A stretch of DNA of 58,655 nt from Octopus bimaculoides (GCF_001194135.2 NC_068993.1:20755734-20814388); one strand, 5' to 3'. Shown: positions 13,488 to 27,119, numbered from the stretch's first letter. The notes: generated by a model from the sequence alone, not told the origin. Numbers and translations: made by a program.

Positions 13488-13700
13488 TATAATAGTAATA
13501 GCAGTAATCATAGTCATACTAGTAGTAGAAGTAATTGTTGTTGTTGTTGATGGTGATGTAGTTGTAGTAGCTGTATCATCTTCGTTTTCCTCCTCCTCCT
13601 CCTCCTCCTCCTCCTCATCATCATCATCATCAACAGCAGTGGCAATAGAGGTAGCTACTGTAGCACTTGTAGCACTTACGGTTGTTGTTGTTGTGTTGTT
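13330..13700. repeat. Compound trinucleotide microsatellite (GCG/AGT/GTT/CCT/TCA)
   Basis: Direct reading; explains the poly-S, poly-T and poly-V ORFs. Confidence 0.95.
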
Positions 13701-13994
13701 GGGAACAAGCGATAACGGTAATCATAATTATGAATGAATAGACTAAAGAGTTCCAAAGTAAAATATTGCTCTGCATTTTGTTTTCTCTTCCGTTTCTCTA
13801 ATTGCTGAGAAATGTAACGGAATGGCATAAGTTGAAGTGGAGGGCGCAGGCGTGGCAGTTTGTTTAAGACGTTCGTTTGGTAATCACGTAGTTCCCGGAT
13901 CCCATCATATCCCACTACAACTTGGCCATGTGTTCCGACTTGGTAGACGGAAACTTAAAGAATTTCGTCATATGTATGTATATATGTATGAATG

Positions 13995-14044
<50 letters not shown>

Positions 14045-14353
14045 TAATAATAATAATGATGATGATAATAATAATAACAACAACAACAACAACAAGAAGA
14101 AGAAGTTTGGATGGAATGCACTGCTACGTACGTTTTCACAGACTCCATGCTTGAGTTGTTGTATTCCCCATCCATAGGATATTAGAAATATGATTTGCAG
14201 AATCTATGGATCTTAAGGGTAATATTAATACATGTGTTCGTTTCCTCAGGCAATAAATGGAAGATGGGAACAATAAGCATTAGCCGGAATAAATAGCGTA
14301 GGAGCTTTTTATGAGGGCACTCAATAAATATTTCACATAAACGGACTTAAAGG

Positions 14354-14414
<61 letters not shown>

Positions 14415-14524
14415 GGCAGGAAGAGAAAGATAGAAAGATCAAAGAGAGGCTGAAGAATGGAAAACAACAACATCATTGAAACGTATGGTTCTTATCATCA
14501 CTATCGCTCTTCTCCTTATCTTAT

Positions 14525-14750
14525 TTCTTTATTGCCCACAAGGGGCTACACACAGAGGGGACAAACATGGACAGACAAAGGGATTAAGTCGACTACATCA
14601 ACCCCAGTGCGTAACTGGTACTTATTTAATCGACCCGAAAGGATGAAAGGCAAAGTCGACCTCGGCGGAATTTGAACTGAGAACGTAACGGCAGACGAAA
14701 TACCGCTAAGCATTTCGCCCGGCGCGCTAAACTTTCTGCCTGCTCGCCAC
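14525..14750 (-). mobile_element. SINE family B, young subtype with long tail
   Basis: Near-perfect reverse complement of the 34197-34423 copy. Confidence 0.9.
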
Positions 14751-15127
14751 TCTTCTCCCTTTCTTGACTAATATTTCACATTTCTCTTTATGTCACTATA
14801 CCAGAGAGTGACAGAGCTATATAGAAGAGGATAATGAGATTAAAGATGGACAGAAAAAGGAGAAAACAGAAAGTTTGACGTAGCCGCAAGTACAGCCACC
14901 GTCGTCACTATCACTTTCATTCTTTTCTCTCAGAGAAAGTTTCCTTGTGTATGTGTCCCTGATCCTCAAATTTTCTCTATTCTAGAGTGAGAGAGAGAGT
15001 GAGAAACAGAGACAGGCAGGCAGACAAACGGAGAGAAAGGAAGAAACAATGACATGAGTACTTTATTTCTATTGTCTACTCTCCTGTCTAATTTTTTTTC
15101 TTGATAGAAAATCGTACTAACATTCAA

Positions 15128-15440
15128 CCAGTTACAACGACGAAGGTTCCAGCGATCCGATCAACGGAACAGACTGCTCGTGAAATTAACGTGCATATAG
15201 TTAAGCACTCCGCAGACACGTGTACCTTTAACGTAGTTCTTAGGAAGATTCAGCGTGACACAAAATGTGACAAAGCCGGCCCTTCAAAGTACAAATACTA
15301 CTTATTTTTGCCAGCTGAGTGACTGGAGCAACGTGAAGTAAAGTGTCTTGCTCAAGGACTCAACGCATCTCCAGGTATCAAACTCACGACCTTACGATCT
15401 TGAGCCGAATACCCTAATCTCTAAGCTACGAGCCTTCACC
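15128..15440 (-). mobile_element. SINE type D (own head and body, 3' tail shared with family C)
   Basis: 15128-15290 matches the family C tail (GAAATTAACGTGCA...GACACGTGTACC...CAGCGTGACAC). Body is GTCCTTGAGCAAGACACTTTACTTCACGTTGCTCCAG on the minus strand. Confidence 0.8.
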
Positions 15441-16168
15441 CTTGATAGATAGTAAAGAGCAATTTGAGGGATATCTGGCTGCGATTTCTTAAAGCGAATG
15501 TTATACAATTCTTCCTTGTAAAGTGGTAAATGATATTATGAACTTCTGTGTTTTCGTTTTAGCTGTTTATGAATACAACTTAAACGAACTTAAAGTTTAT
15601 ATAGATATAATAATATAAAATGTTTACATGTTTTTAAGTTATGAAACAATTTGTCGTGATATTAGAATTTTCTCATTGTTAAATAGAATTTCATCAAACT
15701 ATTACCCTGTCATTTATGACATTATATATATATATATATCCGATCATCAGATTTATCTCTGTGGAGAATTGTTCCACGCAAATATCTGTCTTCCCAGCCA
15801 TAAGAGGCACAGACATAAATGAGGAAATACAACTGGAGAGAAACACTCCGAAATGAGGAGACAACGAGACGTACATACATACATACATACATACATGCAT
15901 AGATCCATATTCGTATGTATGTATTTATATACGTATGAATCTATGTATGCAAGCTCGAATGCGCGTACGACTGTATGCATGCATGCATGTATATATTTAA
16001 AAATTACTACATGTAGGTATACAGTTGTAACATAGTTATATAGATATATTTAGATAAATAGAATAATTTGAATGAATATTATGTATCAGAGAAAAAAGCT
16101 TCAAAATAAATTTTGCTGCAGAATATCCACGTAGTTATTTCCATCAGACTCCCACATTCAAAGAAGCT

Positions 16169-16214
<46 letters not shown>

Positions 16215-16757
16215 CTCAACACGTAACATTGTATGCTTGTACACATGCACATATATACACGCACCCATACTGTGCCCTGCGCATGTTTAAAATTATACGC
16301 ATAATCAAAAGTATCTACATGGATATCAATAGCATGACACTGGTAGAATTTCCCATTTTAACCTCGCAAAAGCAAATAACGAAAATAATAAATGGAGCCA
16401 GTTTTAATTGAATACACGATTTGGCTCCCTGGTACACATTTAATTTACTCCGTTCTACAGAAACTGTTATCAAATTTCTTTTACAAGCCTTAATCATAGA
16501 CACTTTCTGCACTACACAGGCCCTCATCTTATCATTTCCTAGTAAACTAGACTGCCAAATGAACACATTTTTCCTTCAAATAAGAAATGTCATTCAATGG
16601 TCTATTTTTCCCTTCTTCTTCAGACATTAATTTAAATAAATAACAGCGGAACCGCCGTCGAAGTGATATTTTTTTAAAGACGTTTTCAACTTCACAGAAT
16701 TACTTGCACATGTTTGAAATTTTATACGTTGTCAAATCCGTTCCTTATTTCACTTAC

Positions 16758-16820
16758 TTCATGTTGTCTAGCAATGAAAGTATTACACAAGACTCAAACA
16801 CAGAGACCCAGCCCCATATA
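16758..16820 (-). CDS. Candidate 63-nt internal exon, product unknown (identical copy at 17631-17693)
   Basis: Acceptor CTCTGCTTTTTTCGCTCCAG, donor GAA|GTAAGT, length divisible by 3, one open frame xIWGWVSVFESCVILSLLDNMx. No homology recognised. Confidence 0.25.
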
Positions 16821-18987
16821 CTGGAGCGAAAAAAGCAGAGTAGCAACATCTTCAAAACTGTACATAGGTAGTACATACATATATATATATATATACATAC
16901 ATACGTACATAATATATATATATGTTCACATAGATACATAATTGTGCGTATATATGCATAAATATACATATATAAATATGTATGTACACACATGTATATG
17001 TATATATATATATANNNNNNNNNNNNNNNNNNNNNNNNNNNNNNNNNNNNNNNNNNNNNNNNNNNNNNNNNNNNNNNNNNNNNNNNNNNNNNNNNNNNNN
17101 NNNNNNNNNNNNNNNNNNNNNNNNNNNNNNNNNNNNNNNNNNNNNNNNNNNNNNNNNNNNNNNNNNNNNNNNNNNNNNNNNNNNNNNNNNNNNNNNNNNN
17201 NNNNNNNNNNNNNNNNNNNNNNNNNNNNNNNNNNNNNNNNNNNNNNNNNNNNNNNNNNNNNNNNNNNNNNNNNNNNNNNNNNNNNNNNNNNNNNNNNNNN
17301 NNNNNNNNNNNNNNNNNNNNNNNNNNNNNNNNNNNNNNNNNNNNNNNNNNNNNNNNNNNNNNNNNNNNNNNNNNNNNNNNNNNNNNNNNNNNNNNNNNNN
17401 NNNNNNNNNNNNNNNNNNNNNNNNNNNNNNNNNNNNNNNNNNNNNNNNNNNNNNNNNNNNNNNNNNNNNNNNNNNNNNNNNNNNNNNNNNNNNNNNNNNN
17501 NNNNNNNNNNNNNNNNNNNNNNNNNNNNNNNNNNNNNNNNNNNNNNNNNNNNNNNNNNNNNNNNNNNNNNNNNNNNNNNNNNNNNNNNNNNNNNNTATAC
17601 GTTGTCAAATCCGTTCCTTATTTCACTTACTTCATGTTGTCTAGCAATGAAAGTATTACACAAGACTCAAACACAGAGACCCAGCCCCATATACTGGAGC
17701 GAAAAAAGCAGAGTAGCAACATCTTCAAAACTGTACATAGGTAGTACATACATATATATATATATATACATATATATATATTTGCAACTAAGTATTAAAG
17801 CATGTACGAACACATTAGGGGTGTGATAAAATCTGTGACTAACTGTTCTGGTAGCAATTGATTGGAGATAATGAGTGTTAAAAAACACCGTAAGAAGTAA
17901 AAGCACAGCTCTCCATGCTTTTGCCAAAAGGATTTCCATAAAATACAGATTTCGTACAACACGTAACATAATGAAAAATAAATAAACATAAGAATTTATT
18001 GTATTCTGTTGCTTTTGAAAGAAAACCAGAAAATTAAAGTTTCAGCCAGAAGTAAGTTAATTGAGTCAATGTGCTTTCGTGAAACATGCTCATCAGAATT
18101 CCATAGGGTTAGCCGTGGGAAATTATTAGCTTTTTTTTGCAGCATATTCAGGTTTGATTTCGGATTAAGCTTTGTAAATAAAGCAAGACAAGAAGGCGAT
18201 ATTTAGCATTTAGGCATTCATTTATTTTTGCCTAGGCAACAGCACCTATTTTGGAATCATAATTCATTTGAGTTTGCAAGTATTGAATTTGATTTCTCCT
18301 TCATCGTCGGGATTCACTCTGTAAGTTTTTCCCTTTATCAATCGATAAAATACTACCAGTCATGAACCAGGGTCGATGTAAACTTTTAGAAACAGATCAC
18401 TATTTAATCATCCCAATAAAAAAAAAGCAATAGATTAATCACCTCATCTATTGATATTATTTCTTCCTGAACTTTTACTTTTCTAGGAATTAAAGTGGAT
18501 ACAATCCTAGGTCGGCTAACCAACTAAACCTATATGTAATACGACTTTAACTTACAAAATGAATGAACACCACTAATTAGAGTGAGTTAACGGTCTAATG
18601 TCTCTGACATCATACAGTAGAATCCTATCTTACTTTCTACTTTAGCCTGGTGCTCTACATTCTATCATCTTCGTATGGAGTTCTACCGTTTCGCTCAGTA
18701 TATTATCCGGCTCAAACTTTATAGAATTGTACATTCTCTGTCACTTAAGCATAGAAGTCTACGCTTTTTCGCCAATTCTTCGTCTTCCTCTGCTATTTCA
18801 TATTGCAAAAACACAGAAGGCGATTTTACTCGATCGAAGGAAGAGAATAATGTTGGTGGCTTTTACAGATTTCATCGCAGTGAACTGGTCAATTTGGTTT
18901 CATTTGACATTTTATTGGTTGATATCATTAAGGGAAAAAGAAGAAAGAGGAGAGAGTACCAAATGAAACAGCTGTAGGTAGGATGTA

Positions 18988-19379
18988 TTTATTGTTGTTG
19001 TTGGCACTCCGTCGCTTACGACGTTGAGGGTTCCAGTTGATTCGATCAATGGAACAGCCTGCTCGTGAAATTAACGTGCAAGTGGATGAGCACTCCACAG
19101 ACACGTGTACCCTTAACGTAGTTCTCAGGGATATTCAGCGTGACACAGTGTGACAAGGCTGACTCTTGAACTACAGGCACAACAGAAACAGGAAGTAACA
19201 GTGAGAGAAAGTTGTGGTGAAAGAGTACAGCAAGGTTCGCCACCATCCCCTACCGGAGCCTCGTGGAGCTTTAGGTGTTTTCGCTCAATAAACACTCACA
19301 ACGCCCGGTCTCGGAATCGAAACCGCGATCCTATGACCGCGAGTCTGCTGCCCTAATCACTGGGCCATTGCGCCTCCAC
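18988..19379 (-). mobile_element. SINE family C (tRNA-like head, (CAA)n tail), full length
   Basis: Head AGTGGAGGCGCAATGGCCCAG...GGTTTCGATTCC; 9-bp TSD TAGGATGTA at 18979-18987 and 19380-19388. Confidence 0.92.
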
Positions 19380-19559
19380 TAGGATGTAGTAAATAAATTG
19401 TTTATCATATAATTTTCAGTTCAGACATATCATAGAAAATAAGAGGATGTTGTAGTAGGTGTATCGTGTGAAACAGCTCACATATAAGTTCAGGGTAGCA
19501 GAGAACGATGTAACGTGACATTATAAGATACGTAATTGGGGACGTATCACGTCTGTGTG

Positions 19560-19840
19560 TAAGTCTTTATAATATGCTGGAGATGGACGCCACTCAGATT
19601 CAAAAGAGTGACCGGTATGAACCTCTCCTCGAGGAATGTGAAGGTTCAGACTGGAAAGCGGAACATTATCAAATCAAAGGTCGATATCGAGGATCCCTTA
19701 AAAGGAATATGAGTCGATGGTTGTTGCCGCTGGGTCTAAATCAACATATAACCAACACTATCTTGAGCGACATCCAAGCTTCAGTGGAAAAGGTAAACCA
19801 CTGGATATGGTTAAAAAGAGGTGATGAACAATAACTAGGA
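19560..19840 (+). mobile_element. HERO-like (R2-group) LINE 3' fragment, restriction-like endonuclease C-terminus
   Basis: QKSDRYEPLLEECEGSDWKAEHYQIKGRYRG...LG...VEKVNHWIWLKRGDE fits the K..Y..L.E.C....W......G.RG...W.WL.R pattern of HERO-type RLE ends. Confidence 0.72.
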
Positions 19841-20784
19841 GAATATTGAGCGAAATCTAGTGGTCTGTTGATGTAATGAGCTTCATTTCAGTGAGAGTGG
19901 AGGGTGCACAGTAATACCGTAGAGACGAATGCTTTGAAACGGTGCGCATTCTCTTTTGATGATCTCATAAGCCTTCTAGTGTGCGATATGCTGAACTTTC
20001 AAACTTTCAACTGGTAGCTCCTGTATCTGAAAGCTCTTTGCAAATAATATGGACACACACACATATGTGCATATATGTTTGTATAGATACTAACATACAC
20101 TCACATATATTTACCTTCTGCAGTGTTATTAATGAGTGAACATCATATAAAATTGTCAGAGTTCGTTAGTACTGGAAAACATTGTTTAATTTCTCCTTGT
20201 TTGCTGTTTGTGATTATCGAAAATATTATTGTGTTGAAAATATATTTCCATTATAAGTATTGCGACAACTTCTTTATGCTGTTGGATGAGGCCAGGTTGA
20301 AAATGCTTTCAAGAAGTTTTATGCAAGGCTTTTAAGCAGAATTTGCATGGAGCAGTGATGAGAGAGGTTAAAAAAGAATGAAATGCGTACAATGTGTGAT
20401 GTGGATGTGGTTAAGAATGAAATATAAACGGTTAATTCATGTAGGAGAGGAAGAGAAATTAAGTCTTAATTGAATCCAGAGATACTCCTGAACAGAATTT
20501 TAAAAATGTGAGTTAGAATGTGTTTTGTCATCATCAATCAAGAAACTTCCGATGCAGGGATGCACGATGAAGGATTGGCAGGGTTAAATTTGATCAACTT
20601 CCTACAGTGAAACTGGAAGCAAAATGAATTGCAAAAGAAACTAGTAGGCGAGCAGCAAATATTGTGGTTTTTATCTGCACGTCTGCTACATTCAGAATCA
20701 GTTTGGTCTAAGAGTGACAGTTTGCCGGACATATTTAATAGATATCCTTCAGTTAGCTTCAGTGTAGATATTTTATAATCATTA

Positions 20785-20960
20785 GCACGCTAGACCAAAT
20801 GCTTGGCGGCATTTCGTTCAAATTGCACTGTAGTCGACCTTGTCTTTAATCTTGTAGGGGCCGGTGAAATAAGTGCTAGTTGAACATTGGCAACGATGAA
20901 ATCGACTAGTCTCCTCCCCAAAATTTTCAGGCCTTGTGCCTTCAGTAGCAAGGATTATAC
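20785..20960 (+). mobile_element. SINE family B, diverged copy
   Basis: TAGCACGC head remnant, GTCGACCTTGTCTTTAATC core, GGCCTTGTGCC tail. Confidence 0.75.
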
Positions 20961-21379
20961 GGTCCAACGCATTGAAGCATCAGTTATTTTAATTCTGGTC
21001 ATGTTACATTACTTGTTATGATGAGGAAACGTTTCCCATTGAGTGGTGGGACATAACCCCTCTTCTATACATTGTAGACAACGTTCTTCGTAGTTTCATT
21101 GTGTAGGACATTTGAAGACTCATAAGCTTGATAATGGTTTCACTTACAAGTCACTCTATCTGACAGCTTATGGGTGACACACATTTACAATAAGAGAAAC
21201 TAAGAAAAAATTGGAAAGAAGTTAGTGAAGTAAACGAAAACAAATCTATTATTTCTTTTCATGCTTCAGTGGTAAGTGAATGTATGAATTTTGTTTGCAT
21301 ATGTATAGATGAAAACTGATATTTGTATGTGTGAAATGTATATAAATATACACGGATGCATTTGTATACATTCGCCTCT

Positions 21380-21733
21380 ATCGGGCGTAAATGTATTACA
21401 TGTGTATGTATGTATGTATTATGTATGTATATATGTATGTATGTATTATGTATGTATGTATGTATGTATGTATGTATGTGTGTATGTATGTATGTATGTA
21501 TTATGTATGTATATATGTATGTGTGTATGTATGTATGTATGTATGTATTATGTATGTATGTATGTGTGTGTGTATGTATGTATGTATTATGTATGTATAC
21601 ATGTATGTATGTATGTATGTGTGTATGTATGTCTGTGTGTATGTATGTATGTATGCATGTATGTGTATGTGTATTCATGTATGTATTATGTATGTATATA
21701 TGTATGTATGTATGCATGTATGTATGTATTATA
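21380..21733. repeat. (TATG)n compound satellite with recurring GTATTATG variants
   Basis: Direct reading; runs into the gap at 21734. Confidence 0.95.
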
Positions 21734-22466
21734 NNNNNNNNNNNNNNNNNNNNNNNNNNNNNNNNNNNNNNNNNNNNNNNNNNNNNNNNNNNNNNNNNNN
21801 NNNNNNNNNNNNNNNNNNNNNNNNNNNNNNNNNNNNNNNNNNNNNNNNNNNNNNNNNNNNNNNNNNNNNNNNNNNNNNNNNNNNNNNNNNNNNNNNNNNN
21901 NNNNNNNNNNNNNNNNNNNNNNNNNNNNNNNNNNNNNNNNNNNNNNNNNNNNNNNNNNNNNNNNNNNNNNNNNNNNNNNNNNNNNNNNNNNNNNNNNNNN
22001 NNNNNNNNNNNNNNNNNNNNNNNNNNNNNNNNNNNNNNNNNNNNNNNNNNNNNNNNNNNNNNNNNNNNNNNNNNNNNNNNNNNNNNNNNNNNNNNNNNNN
22101 NNNNNNNNNNNNNNNNNNNNNNNNNNNNNNNNNNNNNNNNNNNNNNNNNNNNNNNNNNNNNNNNNNNNNNNNNNNNNNNNNNNNNNNNNNNNNNNNNNNN
22201 NNNNNNNNNNNNNNNNNNNNNNNNNNNNNNNNNNNNNNNNNNNNNNNNNNNNNNNNNNNNNNNNNNNNNNNNNNNNNNNNNNNNNNNNNNNNNNNNNNNN
22301 NNNNNNNNNNNNNNNNNNNNNNNNNNNNNNNNNNNNNNNNNNNNNNNNNNNNNNNNNNNNNNNNNNNNNNNNNNNNNNNNNNNNNNNNNNNNNNNNNNNN
22401 NNNNNNNNNNNNNNNNNNNNNNNNNNNNNNNNNNNNNNNNNNNNNNNNNNNNNNNNNNNNNNNNNN

Positions 22467-22498
<32 letters not shown>

Positions 22499-22883
22499 CA
22501 TACATACATAAATATCAGGTAGCTGTCCACTCGTGACCGAGGAAAATCCTCGATAGCCATTGCCCATGCAAAATGTCGGCAATACCTGTGCAAAATTTTA
22601 GGTCCAATAACGATTAAACGACACCTCTTAGTCCCTCTACACCCAAACTGACATGATCCAGACACAAGCTGGTGTAAGATATCTAGTGCTAATATGGGTC
22701 ACAGACTTAGGAACATGGGATCGCTATAATCTCAGGCATAAGCAAATGATTCCCGATGCAGACGCTGGAATTTACACGAAAAATATCATACTGATCATAC
22801 GCAGCAGTCATTTATGTAACAAAAATTCATTGGTTATGTGTTAGATTTTACATCAGTAAAAGACATTAATGTTACTTATAATT

Positions 22884-23155
22884 TCTTTATAGATGAATTA
22901 ATGATCTATGCAGCAAATATTTACAATTCTGAGAAACATCTGGATTTAATAACTACATTTTTAGCTGATATAAGGTTGGGATGGGACTTGGCCAAAAGAA
23001 ATGTTCATATCTAATAGTTGAACGTAGAAAACCGCTTTCCAAATCTAAAACCATTACATATCAATGGTCTCCTTATCTTTAATGTTCAACAAAACATCTG
23101 CTATAAATATCTAGATATCGAGGATAGAGTATCATACAAAGTTGCTGTGGATAAG
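22884..23155 (+). mobile_element. R4/Dong-like LINE reverse transcriptase fragment, frameshifted
   Basis: FFIDELMIYAAN (decayed F/YxDD motif)...FLADIRL/GLGQKKCSYLIVER.../INGLLIFNVQQNICYKYLDIED matches the DDLKLY...FS.DI.M.FG.DKC...YKYLG order of R4-clade RTs. Confidence 0.7.
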
Positions 23156-23284
23156 AGACAAAAAAAAATTACGTTATAAATATAACAACATTTCTTTTAG
23201 AATATAACACAGATGAATCTCTCGCCGGTTTCATCGATGAACATCAGTCGTTCGACCAGTTGAACACCTGGCTTGTTATACTAA

Positions 23285-23530
23285 CATATAAGTGACTGAG
23301 TATTCCACGGACACATCTACCCTTGACGTAATTCTCAGGCGGAGTCAGCGTGAATTAGTGTAATGAAACCTGACCCATGAAATACTAGTACACTTCATCG
23401 GACATGTTTCTATATTTCCGTCTGCCCAGTCACACTCTCAAGGCTCAGGCTGACGCAATGTCATGGTCAAGACACTTGCTCAAAATATTAAGTAATGAGG
23501 TCGAACTCGAGACTTCATGAGTATGCTGAA
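23285..23530 (-). mobile_element. Old SINE combining a family A-type head with a family C-type tail
   Basis: 23418-23483 resembles the A head (CCGTCT...CAAGG...AAGACACTTGCTCAA); 23310-23353 resembles the C tail (GACACATCTACCCTTGACGTAATTCTCAGG). Confidence 0.6.
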
Positions 23531-23624
23531 AAGTCTTCTTAATTACTCAGTTATGACTACTTCTACACCTGTTTACAATAAATCAATGCTAAACAGTGCA
23601 TTTATTGCGATGGTACTGGTGATA

Positions 23625-23845
23625 AAGGCCGATACAGCCTGGCACCAGTGACGCCGCAACACATTTCTACAGCTGATCGGCCTTTGCCTTTCCTTGGGAT
23701 AACATCGATGGCGTGAAGAGGGAAAGCTGGTATGCATGGGCGACAGCTGGTTTTCTATAAACATCCTTGCCCAGACTTGTGCATCGGAGGGTAACTTTCT
23801 AGGTGCAGTCCCATGGTCATTCATGACCGAAGGGGGTCTTTACTG
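23625..23845. mobile_element. Interspersed repeat fragment, probably a retroelement 3' end
   Basis: GC-richer block ending GGTGCAGTCCCATGGTCATTCATGACCGAAGGGGGTCTTTA, recalled as a common octopus repeat; family not assigned. Confidence 0.4.
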
Positions 23846-25410
23846 GTGATAACAACTCGAGAAACATTATAAATCTATAATGGCAAAAATCTGCTCCGTA
23901 GATTTCAAGACCCACAAGATCATGATGTGAAACTGGAAGATTCCGCTGAAATAATTATTTATGGACAAATTTTATCCCACATAAAAGAGAGTGGGGAGAG
24001 TGAGGGTTAAGGTTAGGTAAGGTAACATTTGAATATTACGTGAGATTACTTAAATTAGACAGCGTATGCTAAACAATTGTAGCAAACATATCAACCAGTT
24101 ACATAAAAGGGAAAAAAATTCTCGATGGTGTTTCTTGCAAGATAATGGAAAAGTTGGACGACTTTCCTTAACAAAAACTTTGAGAAGAAACACTCGCAAT
24201 ACTAAAAATTTCTCTTATTCATTGAAATTTACTAACAATTGCCGCCAAAATTTTGTTTTGTTTCGCCGACTAAATGGTAACTTGCGGTTCAATTACAATC
24301 TTTAGCGCACGACATTCAGTACATCATTGGGAATTCTCAAAATAAATGCGACTGGCCACTTGAGTTATTCCTCTTAGCTCACTTTTTGTAATTATAGAAA
24401 TTATACTGACCAAGAGAGCCTGTACATCAATTTCTACTTGTAAAAACTTCTATCAATTGATCGAACTAGACATTTACTAGACTTATAAGAACTGAACATG
24501 AACATGTCCGTTGTAGTCACCTTGTCTGCGATCAAGGATTAACTTTCTTACTTGAGTATGAAAACAATTTTCTCTTCCGAGAATTTTTTATTTCTTTAAG
24601 AGTCGCTAACTAGTCTCAAAAGTTTTGTTTTCTTTTTCAACTAAGAAGCAAATTTGAATTCATGCAAAAATCTTTTGCATTTGCCGTTCAATGTACCACC
24701 TACTCGAATTATCAATATGTCTGTTTGCTATGAACTTTATGGTGTTACTAACGTTTACAAGAAACGTAAACTCGTCTGGACGTGTGACCGTTACACCACA
24801 TCATATTTTGAAGGTTATGCCATTATGTAGAACTAGGAGACAGGTGCATAATATCTATTGAAAAAATAGATATCGAAGTCCTTAGACTACTAAAATGTAA
24901 CAGACAATGAAAGTTATGTCACAACGCTTTCTATGAAGATATTACGCACGTGATAAAATATTACCCAGCTATTTTTATGATAAAGTTTTTATCAAAACAA
25001 CGTGCAATCCCAATTATAGGAAATGCTTTCTGGGGATAAATATAATACCCACTGTTTCATATCATTCATTTTCATCTCTTACACGAATCCCTGACGGAGA
25101 CGCAAAAACACCAAAGGAAAATAATTTGGTATTTATCTCGTCTTCAACTCAAGACATCTCAAAAAGAGCGCTGCCCCTGCCTTATCACTGGCATATCACG
25201 ACCGACACAACAAACAACGGAACACCTTTTCCGGGACTCTGTGATATTTTAAGTCAATTTCCTAGTTAGGGTTTTGCCAAGTCTGTGCTAAATATCCGTG
25301 ACAGCACACTGGATTCACTACTAACCCATTAAATACAGCTAGATGTGCAACTGATGCCATACTCTTCAGTATCTTACAGAAATTACACAACCAAAACGCA
25401 TCCTTCTCAC

Positions 25411-25501
25411 CTCAGGTGGTTAACTCAGTTTAGTCAACGCCTGGGCTAGAAGACAATCACTCTCTTCTACACAGAACCACTTTTACTCAGCAGTGCGATA
25501 C
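25411..25501 (-). other. Candidate 91-nt non-coding exon
   Basis: Acceptor TTGTTTTACAG|G and donor GAG|GTGAGA; stops in all three frames. Confidence 0.25.
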
Positions 25502-26675
25502 CTGTAAAACAATTATCCGAAATGTGAAGCATACATGTGTATTAGAGAGCTTGCACGAACTCATACATCTCAAACTTCATATTAGACGATACCTTCGTCC
25601 CCTTGCCAAAGCATCTCAAGCAACTTTGTCTGGTTCCATTCACTTATTAAGCAGTCTTCTAGCTTAACTGACTGAGGCACTGGTTGACGTCAGTGTGTAG
25701 CTACTGTCATTCTGTACTTCTGTTAATGAGAGCCGTCAGTTAGAATCTATGCAATCTGATAATGATTTTCTTCCATCAGGCTTTAGATCAAACATTGACT
25801 AAAATTTCAAAATAACACAATACCAGCACCATTACTATCACAATCACCAAAGAAAATAATAAACACGAAATTTTATAGTTGCTTTCTTGTTTCAAATGGG
25901 GATTGGCCAATGTTGCTGAAGTGTAGGTTCATGATTAGTTTTCAGTTCATTTAGAGCCGCGCCCATCGCCAGACTTTGCATTACCTCTAAACTTTGGAAA
26001 TCCTAAACCCACACTACCAGAGAAGATACATGCACACTACAAAGTATTATATACTATAAAGCATTTTAAAGAAGACTACAAAGGTGCGCTAAGAGTGCGT
26101 ATTTACCAGCGCCATTAAATTTGCTGAGAAGGAGATGGTAAGACCCAAAACGGTTGGTACCTCCCTCCAGTTGCAGAGACATCTTAGAAGATATCTCGAA
26201 GCTGATTCACAGCTTTTCTTTTATTATATTGTGGTCAACCCATTTAACTTTTATATTTCTACTTTTTATCCACAAGACAGCAGAGAAGTGTTTGATAAGT
26301 ATCAGAGTAAATCCGCCAATGAGGATGGAGCTTGCTGCTGTTCCAAGATCGTCTGCCAAGTTAACTCTATCTCCGAAGACGCAAAGTACCCACTTACCAC
26401 GTATGGACACAGGGACTTCCCAGTAGAGTCTTAATCAGGGAGGCTGTATAATGGAGGGAGAAGGCTTGCTTATTCGGCTACTTTCTAGTTTACCATATGC
26501 ACTGGCCAGTGGCAATGTGCTGTAAGCAGGAGGGTTGTAAGCAGGTGTAATGTAGCAGTACACCTTCCCAACCAACTATCACCGATATACTAGATATACT
26601 AGATATACTAGATATACTAGACGCTTTCACATCATCTTACAGACAGAGAATATAAACACTACACATACATGCACA

Positions 26676-26707
<32 letters not shown>

Positions 26708-27045
26708 GGGCACACTTACAAACACATACACACATACACACACACACATGCATAACACTATGCTGTAAACATTAACTTCTATACAGACAACCATGCACCA
26801 AATATATATGTACACATACATAAATTCATATATACGCGTATGCATTCGTGCGTGCGTCTTTACATAGATACATATATTCATACATATGCATAAGCATGTG
26901 TGTATGTGTGGCTGTGTATCAGCTTCATGCTGAACGAACACATTTATACACACGTGTGTTGATATATACACCTAGGTTATATCAGATAAACAAATTTGAT
27001 AAGGCAACAAAAAAAAAAACGAAGTTACACTATATCAACAACCAC

Positions 27046-27047
<2 letters not shown>

Positions 27048-27116
<69 letters not shown>
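27048..27116. repeat. (CT)n microsatellite
   Basis: Direct reading. Confidence 0.97.

Positions 27117-27119
<3 letters not shown>

Noticed and set aside
24003-24022. GGTTAAGGTTAGGTAAGG telomere-like run
   Set aside because: Only about three degenerate units.
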